Source: Escherichia coli
GTDB lineage: Bacteria; Pseudomonadota; Gammaproteobacteria; Enterobacterales; Enterobacteriaceae
Strand: one strand, 5' to 3'
DNA: 64,000 nt
NCBI RefSeq assembly: GCF_044647545.1
Contig: NZ_CP172818.1
The notes beneath the pieces were generated by a model that was not told the origin of the DNA, searched no databases, and saw nothing but the letters and a program-made list of their open reading frames with translations. A program made the position numbers and the translations under genes. Below, piece after piece: positions 1-11,184 of this stretch. How positions within the stretch are numbered: the stretch's first letter is position 1; every line of letters starts with the position of its first letter.

Positions 1-461
1 TCCATGCACAATGCGCGAGCGATCGCCACACGCTGCTGCTGACCGCCGGAAAGCTGCGCCGGAAACTTATTGGCATGAGCGGAAAGCCCGACGCGCTCCA
101 GCAATTTCAATGCTTTTTCACGAGCGGGGGCTTTATCGCGTTTAAGCACTTTCACCTGCGCCAGGGTCAGGTTTTCAATAATCGACAAATGGGGGAACAA
201 CTCGAAATGCTGGAACACCATCCCGACGCGGGAACGCAGCTTTGCCAGATCGGTTTTCTTATCGTTAACCACGATACCATCGACGGTAATTTCACCTTGC
301 TGCACCGGTTCGAGGCCGTTGACGGTTTTAATCAGCGTTGATTTGCCGGAACCAGACGGGCCGCAAACCACCACCACTTCGCCTTTTTTCACTTCGGTTG
401 AGCAGTCGGTCAGCACCTGAAAGTGACCATACCATTTTGAAACATTTTTCAGGGTAATCAT
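1..461 (-). CDS. gltL: Glutamate/aspartate ABC transporter ATP-binding protein, 3' end truncated by window edge
   Basis: Reverse-strand translation from ATG at 459-461 gives Walker A (GPSGSGKST) and ABC signature (LSGGQQQR); start overlaps gltK stop (TAATG); position in gltIJKL operon. Confidence 0.85.
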   Translation of the reverse strand, partial: MITLKNVSKWYGHFQVLTDCSTEVKKGEVVVVCGPSGSGKSTLIKTVNGLEPVQQGEITVDGIVVNDKKTDLAKLRSRVGMVFQHFELFPHLSIIENLTLAQVKVLKRDKAPAREKALKLLERVGLSAHANKFPAQLSGGQQQRVAIARALCM

Positions 462-1135
462 TATGCTGTCCTTCTTTTCAAGTAGCTGACCAACAACGAT
501 GCGCTAAGGCTAATAACGAAATAAACAAATCCGGCAAACAGGATCATCTCGACCTGCGTACCATCACGCTCACCAATGGTTGAGGCGGTACGGAAGAAAT
601 CGGCCAGAGATAACACATACACCAGTGAGGTATCCTGGAACAGTACGATGCCCTGAGTGAGCAGAAGCGGCACCATCGCGCGGAAAGCCTGCGGCAGAAT
701 AATCAGTTTCATCGACTGCCAGTGAGTCATCCCCAACGCCAGCGCGGCGCTCGACTGACCACGGGAAATACTTTGAATACCGGCACGGATAATCTCTGAA
801 TAGTAGGCCGCTTCAAACATCGAAAACGCCACCATCGCCGAGATTAAACGGATATCATTTTTTGGCGATAATCCCAGCACGTTTTGCAGAAAACCCGGCA
901 CAATCAGGTAAAACCACAGCAAAACCATAACTAAAGGAATCGAGCGGAATACGTTAACGTAGGCTTTGGCAAACCACGCTACGGGCGCAAAGCTGGACAA
1001 GCGCATCACCGCCAGCATGGTGCCCCACAAAATACCAATCACGACTGCCGTGACGGTGATTTTCAGGGTGATCACCAGCCCATCCAGCAGATACGGCAGG
1101 GAAGGAACAATGGAACTCCAGTCAAACTCGTACAT
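461..1135 (-). CDS. gltK: Glutamate/aspartate ABC transporter permease
   Basis: 224 aa ORF, polar amino-acid permease family, operon context. Confidence 0.9.
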
Positions 1136-1875
1136 TATTTGCCCCCCATGTTGCCGGGCAGGCGAACTTTACGTTCAACCAGCGTCATCACCAGCATGAT
1201 AAAAGCGTTAATCAACACATACGCAAGCGTAATGGCGGTAAACGACTCCCAGGCGTGAGCGGAGTAATCGAGTAATTTACCCGCCTGCGCCGCCATATCT
1301 ACCAGACCGATAGTCGAGGCGATGGCGGAGTTTTTCACCAGGTTCATCATCTCGGAGGTCATCGGCGGGACGATAACGCGATAAGCGTTAGGCAACAGTA
1401 CGTAGCGGTAAGCCTGCGGTAGCGTCAGCCCCATCGCCAGCGCGGCATTCTTCTGCCCACGCGGCAGCGACTGAATAGCGGCGCGTACCTGTTCGCAAAC
1501 ACGGGCGGCGGTAAACAGCCCCAGGCAAAGCATGGATGAAAGGAAAAACTGAATATTGGGATCCAGCTCGGCCTTAAACCACATGCCGATTTTCTCCGGC
1601 AGCAGCTCCGGGATCACCAGATACCAGGTAAAGAATTGCACAATCAACGGCACGTTGCGGAACAGTTCGACATACAACGTACCCAGACCGGAGAGAAAAC
1701 GGTTTGGAACGGTACGTAAAATGCCGAAAAATGAACCGACGAGGAAAGCGATAATCCAGGCGCAGATCGACAAAGCGATCGTCACCTGAAAGCCACTCCA
1801 GATCCAACCAAGATAGGTGGTGTTGCCGAACGGGGCTTGTTGTAAAAAAATACCCCAGTTCCAGTCTATAGACAT
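1135..1875 (-). CDS. gltJ: Glutamate/aspartate ABC transporter permease
   Basis: 246 aa ORF, overlapping start/stop with gltK. Confidence 0.9.
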
Positions 1876-1885
1876 AAATCTACTC

Positions 1886-1921
1886 CAGAAAAAAGAGGGT
1901 AGCAGCGTTAACTGCTACCCT
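1886..1921 (-). terminator. Intrinsic terminator in gltI-gltJ spacer
   Basis: Hairpin gagggtagcag/ctgctaccctc followed by U-run on minus strand. Confidence 0.6.
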
Positions 1922-2044
1922 CGAAGATTGTTACCCAGCGTATTGCGGTTTTCAGGCCCGATGGGGAACGACCACCAGGCGTATAGTCTGTCCGTGCTAC
2001 GTAACAATCGAGAGGGCTGGAATTTCCGCCCCTGGTTCTTGTAA
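1886..2044 (-). ncRNA. sroC: SroC sRNA (processed from gltI-gltJ intergenic region)
   Basis: Position between gltI stop and gltJ start ending at the intergenic terminator; boundaries approximate, from established knowledge. Confidence 0.4.
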
Positions 2045-2953
2045 TTAGTTCAGTGCCTTGTCATTCGGTTCTTTGAACAGTGCTTTCATTTCGTCTGACA
2101 GTTCGAAATTCATGTTCAGGTTTTTCGGCGGAATTGGGTTTTTGAACCACTTATCAAACCATTTTTCCGCTTCACCGGAGGTCTGCACCTGAGCGATAGT
2201 GTCATCCATCAGCTTTTTGAACTGCGGATCGTCTTTACGCAACATGCAACCGTAGGCTTCCTGAGACTGCGGCTTGCCGACGATTTCCCAGTTGTCTGGT
2301 TTCTTCGCTTTCGCACGTTCACCGGCCAGCAGGGCATCATCCATCATAAAGGCAACGGCACGACCGCTTTCCAGGGTGCGGAAAGAGTCACCGTGATCTT
2401 TGGCGCTGATGATGCGCATGTTCATTTTTTGCTCTTCATTCAGTTTGTTGAGCAAAACTTCAGAGGTGGTGCCGGAAGTGACTACGACGGCTTTGTCTTT
2501 CAGATCGGCAAAATCTTTAATATCGCCGCCTTTTTTTGTCAGCAGGCGCGTACCGACCACGAAAATAGTGTCGGAGAAAGCCGCCTGTTTTTGGCGTTCG
2601 ACGTTGTTGGTGGTAGAACCGCATTCAAAATCGAAAGTGCCGTTTTGCAGCAGTGGAATACGGTTTTGTGAGGTGATCGGAATCAATTTCACCTGTAAGT
2701 CTGGTTTGTTGAGTTTCTTTTTCACTGCTTCAACAATGGCGTTGGAGTAATCCTGCGAGTAGCCCACCACTTTTTGCTGATTGTCGTAATAAGAGAAAGG
2801 TACTGAAGATTCACGGTGACCGACGACAATCACGCCGTTTTTGGCGATTTTGTCCAGCGTGCTGCCTGCTGCCGGGGCGGCGTCATCTGCCTGTGCCAGT
2901 CCTGCGGAAAGCGCCAGGGCCAGGATTGCTGTGGCAGGTTTACGTAATTGCAT
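2045..2953 (-). CDS. gltI: Glutamate/aspartate periplasmic binding protein
   Basis: ORF 2045..2959; signal peptide MQLRKPATAILALALSAGLAQA; 302 aa from second Met. Confidence 0.9.
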   Translation of the reverse strand: MQLRKPATAILALALSAGLAQADDAAPAAGSTLDKIAKNGVIVVGHRESSVPFSYYDNQQKVVGYSQDYSNAIVEAVKKKLNKPDLQVKLIPITSQNRIPLLQNGTFDFECGSTTNNVERQKQAAFSDTIFVVGTRLLTKKGGDIKDFADLKDKAVVVTSGTTSEVLLNKLNEEQKMNMRIISAKDHGDSFRTLESGRAVAFMMDDALLAGERAKAKKPDNWEIVGKPQSQEAYGCMLRKDDPQFKKLMDDTIAQVQTSGEAEKWFDKWFKNPIPPKNLNMNFELSDEMKALFKEPNDKALN

Positions 2954-3050
2954 ATCCAACTCCTTTATCTTCTGCGTTAAAAACGCATGGATACCCGTTG
3001 TGAGTGTTTGTGTTGTTATCTCTGCGACTTTTTGTGCGGTTGTGTTTTGG

Positions 3051-3082
<32 letters not shown>

Positions 3083-3649
3083 TTAGGTAACATTTAGTTT
3101 GGATAAATGTAAAGGTATTGCTGTTTTATTGTTTGTTTTTGCGAGATGCGCCGCACCATTCCGAAGCAAAATTCTTAAACTGCACCTTTTTGGTGCTACC
3201 GCTGATTTGTGGTGGTGCAACCCGGTTGCGTCGCGGTTGATTTCATTGCTTACACAGTAAATAAAGCAACTTACATGCCAAAAAATACTTAGGGGTGCAT
3301 TAATTACGATTGTAATTTCAGTTTGAAAAAGTCATATTTCGGACAGTGTTAACTTTTCGGTGTGGGAATTTTGCCGGGATGATAACTACACACGGGAAAA
3401 TGTTTTTTACTAGTCTTTTCAAGGAAAAATCACTTTATGTCTGCATCTTCGGTTAAGCCGTTAAATGTTCAATTACCCGCAATAACCCTGATCCTTTTTG
3501 CGCTCTGTGTTGGGATATTTTGTTACCTCGCACAATGGATGAGTTACAAAAAAGTCAATAAATCCGCACTCATCCATCTCGGCGCTAACTTTCTCTCTCT
3601 CACGTTGTCGGGTAAACCCTGGCGTTTATTTAGCAGTGTCTTTTTACAG

Positions 3650-5060
3650 TATTTTTTCTCTTTTATAGATATATATTTTTGCACTCTGGTTAGGGGGGAG
3701 GGGGGGAAGGGAAAATGGGGAAAAGGGGATCCCTATTGTTTGCCTTTTTCTCTCGGGTTTGTGTGGTGAGCACATCGTCTTGTGTTATGCGCGAAAAAAA
3801 AGAGAAAAGATAGATAGGTGGGGGGGCCGGGGGAAAAAAGGAAAAAAAGGGGGGGCGGTAAGAAAAAAACACTTCTTTAGGGGGGAGAACACAATAAAAA
3901 ACAGCGGCGAGGTTTTTTCCTTTTTGGTGGGGTGGCGCTAACGTTGTGTTGCGGCCCGGGAAAAAGAGAAAAAAAAAGCCTCTTCAATGGCGGGGCCGTG
4001 GGTGGGGGGGGGGGTTGGGTGGGGGGGGGCCCGGTTAGGTGGGACAAAACCGTTTCGTAAGGAAGGGCGAGTTTTTTGTGGCTCTTCTTTTCTCCGGCGG
4101 GGTATTTCGGGTGTGCAGCAGCAGAATGATGAAAAATTTTTTTAAAATAGGGGAAAACCGCGTGAAAAGTTTTTTTCCCAGGAGAATAAACAAAAGGAGC
4201 GAAAAAAAAAACAACAATTTAGGGGGGAGGGCAAAGCCCCCACCGAAACATTATCCGCTCCGGTAAGTCGTGAGGAGGCCAGTGGTGATTTACTCGCTGA
4301 GATTGCCGATAACCATGATATGGCGATCAATCGGGATGGTAATACGTTATATGCCGCAAATGAAAACACGAACAGTATTTTTTTTTTCGACCTCGGACAA
4401 AAGAAAATCTCCCATACTTTTATACCGCCCATAGCAAAAAAAAAAAAACACAAAAATTGTGGGGTCTGTAAAAATAAGGGGGTAAGATGGCGGTGGTTAA
4501 GCCCGAAAAAAAGGTTTTTTTATCCACTTTTATTTAAAATGAATGCGTGATCGTTAATAAAGGGGCGGAGGGGGGGGATAATTCAGTCAATAACCACCTG
4601 CACACATCCTGACAGTTTTATCCTCTCGTGGAATGAAAAAAAAGCTGGGTGAATAATGCAACCAATAAAATGTATTTATTCATCTATTGATTTATTAACT
4701 TATAAGGAAGGAGATGCCGCCCGAAAAAAAAAAAACGGGGGGGGGAGGAGGGGAAAAAGACGCCCGTGTGATATTACTCTCCGCGGTAAAAAAACATTGT
4801 TGATACCGCTTGGATTGAGAGAAAGCATATTCGAATCAATAACATCACGAATCATAAAGTAGAATTTCCCACATGTGATGGGTGTGGTGTCGTTGTTGTG
4901 ATGGGAGTATGATAACGAAAAAATAATAGTATTTTTATCGATAATATCGAGGGTATACGAGTAAAAGTTTAAGGATAGAAAAAAAAGAAGCAAAGATCAA
5001 AAGGGAGTGGTGAAACCGTTATCTCTATTAGGTTGAGAGGCAGGAGTGTAAATAGTTGTG
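3650..5060. repeat. Low-complexity purine homopolymer-rich block (G-runs to 11, A-runs to 12), no coherent ORF
   Basis: Runs of G and A interleaved with short AT-rich stretches; ORF-track peptides here are homopolymer translations (K/G/F runs). Confidence 0.8.
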
Positions 5061-5423
5061 TTTTGGTCTGGATGGCAAAGGGATTGTAACCTTTTTTAAT
5101 ATAAAGCCGGGGAAAAGATTGGCGGTTTTTCTCCCCATAACTTTTATTCTTCTCTGTTTTTCAGCGGATGGTAGAAAGATATTTGTTATGGCGAAGAACG
5201 GGTTAATCCAAATGGACAGGACGCGCTCGCTTGATCCGCAGGCAATTATTCGGCATCCCCAATATGGTGATGTGGCTTGTATCCCTGAACCGTAAGAAAA
5301 AGGGGCATGATAATCACGCCCGAAGTAATGAGAAAGTACGTTTTGTTGATACCGGATGCGGTGTTAACGGTTTATTTAGCCTGCAAAAATGATGCAATTT
5401 TGCAGGCCAGCGCATCATTTACA

Positions 5424-6965
5424 TCAACGTTTACGTCGCTGACGCAGACTCATCAACACAGCGGCAAAACCAAACAGCGCCGTAAGCACCCACAGCGGCC
5501 AGTTGCCGGTACGTGCGTACGGTGTGAGTCCGGTAGTCGGCGTCACGTTAGTGGTCAACACTTCGCGGGTGAACTGCGGGATCATTGCCTGAATCTCACC
5601 CTGCGGGCCAATCACCGCCGTAATACCGTTGTTGGTGCTACGCAGCAATGGGCGCGCCAGCTCCAACGCACGCATTCGCGCCATCTGGAAGTGCTGCCAT
5701 GGACCAATAGACTTACCAAACCACGCATCGTTGGAGATAGTCAGCAGATAGTCGGTATCCGGGCGGAAGTTATCGCGCACTTGCTCGCCGAGAATGATCT
5801 CGTAGCAAATAGCCGCAGTAAGCTCAATACCATTTACCGACAGCGGCGGCTGGATATATGGCCCACGGCTGAACGACGACATCGGCAGATCAAAGAACGG
5901 TGCTAACGGACGCAGAATCGACTCCAGCGGGACAAACTCGCCAAACGGCACCAGATGGTTTTTGTTATAGCGATCGGCTGATTCATAGCTGTACGGTGCG
6001 CCTTTACCCAGTGTGATGATGGTGTTGTAGGTATCGTAGCGGTTCTGCTTATTGAGACGCGCGTCGACAATCCCGGTGACCAGCGAGCTACCTTTATCGC
6101 GCAACTCACCGTCCAGAGCTTTGAGGAACGGTTGCTGATTAATTTCCAGATCGGTTATCGCCGACTCCGGCCAGATAATCAACGATGATTTGCCCATCAG
6201 CGGTGCCGTTGCGTTGTAGTAAATCTTCAGCGTATTAAGAAGCTGGCCTTCGTCCCATTTCAGCGATTGCGGAATATCGCCCTGAACCATCGAAACCTGA
6301 ATGGTTTTCTCCGGTTGCGGGGTAAACCACTGGATGTAACGCAGCGGGAAGGGTAGGGCAAACAGCACGACGGCCACCACCAGCGGACGCCAGTTGCGTT
6401 TGACTAACGCCAGTGCCAGCAGGCCGCTAACCATCATAAGCAGGAAGTTAATGGCTTCCACGCCCATTAGCGGTGCCAGCCCTTTTAACGGGCCATCAAT
6501 CTGGCTATAGCCGAACTGTAACCACGGGAAGCCAGTCAGCACCCAACCGCGCAGAAACTCGGTCACTTGCCAGAGAGCAGGAGCGGCAATCGCCACGCGC
6601 AGCCAGGTGGTTTTCGGCCACAGACGCGACAGCACGCCAGCAAACAGTCCGGTATACAGCGACAAATACGCCGCCAGCAGTACCACCAGGAAGATGTTAA
6701 CCGGGCCAGGCATTCCGCCAAAGGTCGCGATGCTGACATAGACCCAGTTAATACCGCTGCCAAAGAGACCAAATCCCCAGCAAAAGCCAATAGCGGCAGA
6801 CTGGAGTGGACGGCGGTTAAAGGTCAGCGCCTGAAGCCCCATCAGCGAAATAATCGCCGCAGGCCAGACATCGTAAGGAGAGAAGGCCAGCGTTCCGCAG
6901 GCACCGAATAATAACGCCAGCAGCAGGCGAATGCGCTGGCGTTCAATTAATGAGGCAAAAGCCAT
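5424..6965 (-). CDS. lnt: Apolipoprotein N-acyltransferase
   Basis: 513 aa ORF, N-terminal membrane segments plus nitrilase-like domain, context lnt-corC-ybeY-ybeZ. Confidence 0.9.
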   Translation of the reverse strand: MAFASLIERQRIRLLLALLFGACGTLAFSPYDVWPAAIISLMGLQALTFNRRPLQSAAIGFCWGFGLFGSGINWVYVSIATFGGMPGPVNIFLVVLLAAYLSLYTGLFAGVLSRLWPKTTWLRVAIAAPALWQVTEFLRGWVLTGFPWLQFGYSQIDGPLKGLAPLMGVEAINFLLMMVSGLLALALVKRNWRPLVVAVVLFALPFPLRYIQWFTPQPEKTIQVSMVQGDIPQSLKWDEGQLLNTLKIYYNATAPLMGKSSLIIWPESAITDLEINQQPFLKALDGELRDKGSSLVTGIVDARLNKQNRYDTYNTIITLGKGAPYSYESADRYNKNHLVPFGEFVPLESILRPLAPFFDLPMSSFSRGPYIQPPLSVNGIELTAAICYEIILGEQVRDNFRPDTDYLLTISNDAWFGKSIGPWQHFQMARMRALELARPLLRSTNNGITAVIGPQGEIQAMIPQFTREVLTTNVTPTTGLTPYARTGNWPLWVLTALFGFAAVLMSLRQRRKR

Positions 6966-6989
6966 GTAGTTATCTATCCAGTTTCGGTT

Positions 6990-7868
6990 TTATTCATCCA
7001 GCTTCGGCTGGGGTGAGTCATCCGGGATTTTGACATGAACCTGAATAATACGCCGACTGTCGGCCATCGCCACTTTGAACTGGTAACCGTCGATGTCGAT
7101 GGTTTCGCCACGCGCCGGAAGATGCCCAAATGCCTGCATCACCAGACCACCGATAGTGTCAACCTCTTCATCGCTAAAGTGGGTACCGAACGCTTCGTTG
7201 AAGTCTTCAATGGAAGCCAGTGCGCGCACGGTCCAGGTATGACGACTCAACTGACGGAAGTCGATATCATCTTCTTCGTCATACTCGTCTTCAATCTCAC
7301 CAACAATCAGTTCCAGGATGTCTTCAATGGTCACCAGACCGGAAACCCCACCGAATTCGTCAATGACGATCGCCATGTGGTAACGCTGAGAGCGAAACTC
7401 TTTCAGCATCCGGTCTACGCGCTTACTTTCAGGAACGACAACCGCCTGACGTAACACTTTGTCCATGCTGAAGGCTTCAGCATCGCTGCGCATAAACGGC
7501 AGCAAGTCTTTCGCCATCAGAATCCCTTCAATGTGATCTTTGTCTTCGCTAATCACCGGGAAACGTGAGTGGGCGGACTCGATGATGACATCAAGGCATT
7601 CGTCCAGTGTCTGGTTGCGTTTCAGGGTAATCATCTGGGAGCGGGGGATCATGATGTCGCGGACGCGTTGGTCTGCGATGTCCATCACCCCTTCGAGCAT
7701 ATCGCGCGTATCTTCGTCGATAAGGTCGTTCTGCCCGGAATCACGGATCAGCGCCAGCAGTTCGTCACGGTTTTTCGGTTCACCGTGGAAAAGTTGGCTG
7801 AGTAACAGGGAGAAAAATCCCTTCTTGTTGCTTATCGTGTCACTACTGTGTGAATTGTCGTCGCTCAT
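6990..7868 (-). CDS. corC: Mg/Co efflux-associated CBS-domain protein
   Basis: 292 aa ORF, CBS pair plus CorC_HlyC C-terminus. Confidence 0.9.
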   Translation of the reverse strand: MSDDNSHSSDTISNKKGFFSLLLSQLFHGEPKNRDELLALIRDSGQNDLIDEDTRDMLEGVMDIADQRVRDIMIPRSQMITLKRNQTLDECLDVIIESAHSRFPVISEDKDHIEGILMAKDLLPFMRSDAEAFSMDKVLRQAVVVPESKRVDRMLKEFRSQRYHMAIVIDEFGGVSGLVTIEDILELIVGEIEDEYDEEDDIDFRQLSRHTWTVRALASIEDFNEAFGTHFSDEEVDTIGGLVMQAFGHLPARGETIDIDGYQFKVAMADSRRIIQVHVKIPDDSPQPKLDE

Positions 7869-7957
7869 GGCGTCGTATGGGTTCTCATGTTAGTTAATCA
7901 AAACGCCGTCGTTAATCACCAACGGCGGGGACGTCTGCCAGTCAAATGCCTGGCAAA

Positions 7958-8425
7958 TTATTCTTTCTCGGCAATGTACGGATCCTCATAGCCCAGAGCA
8001 AGCATAATCTCTGTTTCGAGGGCTTCCATTTCTTCTGCTTCGTCATCTTCGATGTGATCGTAACCTAACAAATGCAGACTGCCGTGCACCACCATATGCG
8101 CCCAGTGCGCCTCCAGTGGTTTGCCTTGCTCCTGAGCTTCCTTCTCAACCACCTGACGGCAGATAACCAGATCGCCCAGTAGCGACATTTCCATGCCAGG
8201 CGGCACTTCAAACGGGAAGGAGAGCACGTTGGTCGGCTTATCCTTACCGCGATAGGTCAGATTCAGACTGTGGCTTTCGGCGGTATCGACCACGCGAATA
8301 GTCACTTCCGACTCTTCCTGAAACTGCGGGATCACCGCATTCAGCCATGTCTGAAACTGGCTCTCTTCCGGTAACCCGGAATTATCTTCACATGCCAGTT
8401 GTAAATCGAGGATCACCTGACTCAT
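7958..8425 (-). CDS. ybeY: Endoribonuclease YbeY (16S rRNA 3' maturation)
   Basis: 155 aa ORF with HGxLHLxGYDH metal-binding motif. Confidence 0.9.
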
Positions 8426-9462
8426 TTTTGTTCCTGTTCTTCGCGCTTGCGTTCTGCTGCCAGCGCCGCTTTACGTTTTTGTTCGGCTTCTTCCCAGGCT
8501 TCATAAGCGTTAACGATACGCGCCACCACCGGGTGACGAACCACGTCTTCGCTGTGGAAGAAGTTAAAGCTGATCTCTTCAACATCGGCCAGCACTTCGA
8601 TGGCGTGACGCAAGCCTGACTTGGTATTACGCGGCAGGTCGATCTGTGTGACGTCGCCGGTGATAACCGCTTTTGAGTTAAAACCGATACGGGTCAGGAA
8701 CATCTTCATCTGTTCGATGGTGGTGTTCTGGCTCTCATCGAGAATGATAAACGCGTCGTTCAGCGTACGACCACGCATATAGGCCAGCGGCGCGACTTCA
8801 ATAACGTTGCGCTCAATCAGTTTCTCGACTTTCTCAAAGCCCAGCATTTCAAACAGCGCGTCGTACAGTGGGCGCAAATACGGGTCTACTTTCTGGCTTA
8901 AATCGCCAGGCAGGAAGCCCAGTTTCTCACCGGCTTCTACCGCCGGACGAGTCAGCAGAATACGGCGAATTTCCTGACGCTCCAGGGCATCAACTGCCGC
9001 AGCCACTGCCAGGTAGGTTTTACCCGTACCCGCCGGGCCAACGCCGAAGGTGATGTCATGGTCGAGAATATTGGCGATGTACTGCGCCTGGTTTGGCGTG
9101 CGCGGCTTGATTACGCCGCGTTTGGTTTTGATATTGACCGCTTTGCCGTACTCCGGCACGCTCTCCGCGCTTTGCTCCAGTACCCGCGCTTCTTTAATCG
9201 CAAGGTGGATCTGTTCCGGTTCGATATCCTGAATCTGACCACGCATCGGGGCAGTATCGACATACAGGCTACGCAGAATGTCTGCCGCAGCGGTGACGCA
9301 AATCGGACGGCCGGTCAGTTTAAAGTGGTTATCGCGGCGATTGATCTCGATGCCGAGACGGCGTTCGAGCTGCTTGATGTTGTCATCAAACGGGCCGCAC
9401 AGGCTCAACAGACGCGCATTGTCTGCTGGCTCCAGGGTGATTTCGCGAGTGTCTATGTTCAA
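8422..9462 (-). CDS. ybeZ: PhoH-like ATPase
   Basis: ORF 8422..9501; Walker [10 protein letters not shown]-12-length product (346 aa) implies TTG start at 9462, the ATG at 9501 is an alternative. Confidence 0.85.
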
Positions 9463-9614
9463 ACCGTTCCTCTTATCTGTATGCCGCCGGAAGCTGAACA
9501 TTCACCGGCCTATAAGGAAATTATTCACGCCACAGGAAAAAGGCGCAAGCATTGCGATAAAGATGGGGATAAAGAGAGAAAAAACAAGGCCCACCGGAAC
9601 GGCGGGCCTGAGAA

Positions 9615-11039
9615 TTACGGCTGATAATAACCCACGCCAAGGTCGTTTTCTTTGCGGGTACGGGCAATCACCGATTCCGGCGTTTCTGCCACGCGCAGAC
9701 CCATTTCATCTTCAGTACGCACCACTTTACCGCGCAGAGAGTTCGGGTAGACGTCGGTAATTTCTACATCGACGAATTTACCGATCATATCTGGCGTGCC
9801 TTCAAAGTTGACCACGCGGTTATTTTCAGTGCGACCGGAAAGCTCCATGATGCTCTTACGCGATGTACCTTCTACCAGAATACGCTGGGTGGTGCCGAGC
9901 ATCCGGCGGCTCCATGCCATTGCTTGCTGATTAATACGTTCTTGCAGAATATACAGACGCTGCTTCTTCTCTTCTTCCGGAACATCATCAACCATATCGG
10001 CGGCTGGTGTACCTGGACGTGCAGAGAAGATAAAGCTGTAGCTCATGTCGAAATTGACGTCGGCAATCAGCTTCATCGTTTTCTCGAAGTCTTCGGTGGT
10101 TTCGCCAGGGAAGCCAACGATGAAGTCAGAACTGATCTGAATATCCGGACGCGCCGCACGCAGTTTACGGATGATCGCTTTGTACTCCAGCGCTGTATGG
10201 GTACGTCCCATCAGGTTCAGAATGCGATCGGAACCGCTCTGTACCGGCAGATGCAGGAAGCTCACCAGCTCCGGCGTGTCGCGATACACTTCGATGATAT
10301 CGTCGGTGAATTCGATCGGATGGCTGGTGGTAAAGCGAATACGATCGATCCCGTCGATCGCCGCAACCAGACGCAGCAGATCGGCAAACGATCCGGTGGT
10401 GCCGTCGTAGTTTTCACCACGCCAGGCGTTCACGTTCTGACCGAGCAGGTTGACTTCACGCACGCCCTGAGCCGCAAGCTGGGCAATTTCAAACAGAATA
10501 TCGTCGGACGGACGGCTTACCTCTTCACCACGGGTGTAAGGCACCACGCAGTAGGTGCAATATTTATTGCAGCCTTCCATGATGGAGACAAACGCGGTCG
10601 GCCCTTCGGCGCGCGGTTCTGGCAGACGGTCAAACTTCTCGATTTCCGGGAAGCTGATATCTACAACCGGGCTGCGGTCGCCGCGCACGGAGTTGATCAT
10701 CTCCGGCAGACGGTGCAGCGTTTGCGGCCCAAAAATAATATCGACATAGTGGGCGCGCTGGCGAATGTGCTCGCCTTCTTGCGATGCCACGCAGCCGCCG
10801 ACGCCGATTATCAGGTCTGGATTCTTCTCTTTTAACAGTTTCCAGCGACCCAACTGATGGAAGACTTTTTCCTGAGCCTTCTCGCGGATTGAGCAGGTGT
10901 TCAGCAGCAGCACATCCGCTTCTTCCGCCACGTCGGTCAGTTGATAGCCGTGGGTGGCATCCAGCAGATCGGCCATCTTCGATGAATCGTACTCGTTCAT
11001 CTGACAGCCCCAGGTTTTAATATGGAGTTTTTTGGTCAT
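9615..11039 (-). CDS. miaB: tRNA-i6A37 methylthiotransferase
   Basis: 474 aa ORF with radical-SAM CxxxCxxC motif (CNKYCTYC). Confidence 0.9.
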
Positions 11040-11184
11040 CGACTTGCTCTTGCGAAATAGTAGCCAGGAATGCAGGGCGCATAGTGTAATGCTTTGCTGC
11101 CGTTGTGACCAGTATGAGCGTTATCAGCCCTTGGGGGTAAAAATCCTGTAAACTTAAAGCATATTGCTAACAGGATGATTGACC

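Noticed and set aside
75-341. 88 aa plus-strand ORF at the window start
   Set aside because: Opposite strand of the gltL ABC ATPase, which has clear Walker A and signature motifs.
3690-4993. Several 60-110 aa ORFs inside the homopolymer-rich block (for example 3690..3872, 4142..4453, 4700..4993)
   Set aside because: Their translations are poly-K/G/F/P low-complexity strings produced by A/G/T/C runs; no RBS or domain signature.
5379-5407. Palindrome gcctgcaaaa-N-ttttgcaggc downstream of lnt as a terminator
   Set aside because: A/T runs are inside the stem arms rather than trailing the hairpin; function ambiguous.
9924-10835. 303 aa ORF antisense to miaB
   Set aside because: Lies entirely inside a well-supported gene on the opposite strand; typical shadow ORF of GC-rich coding DNA.
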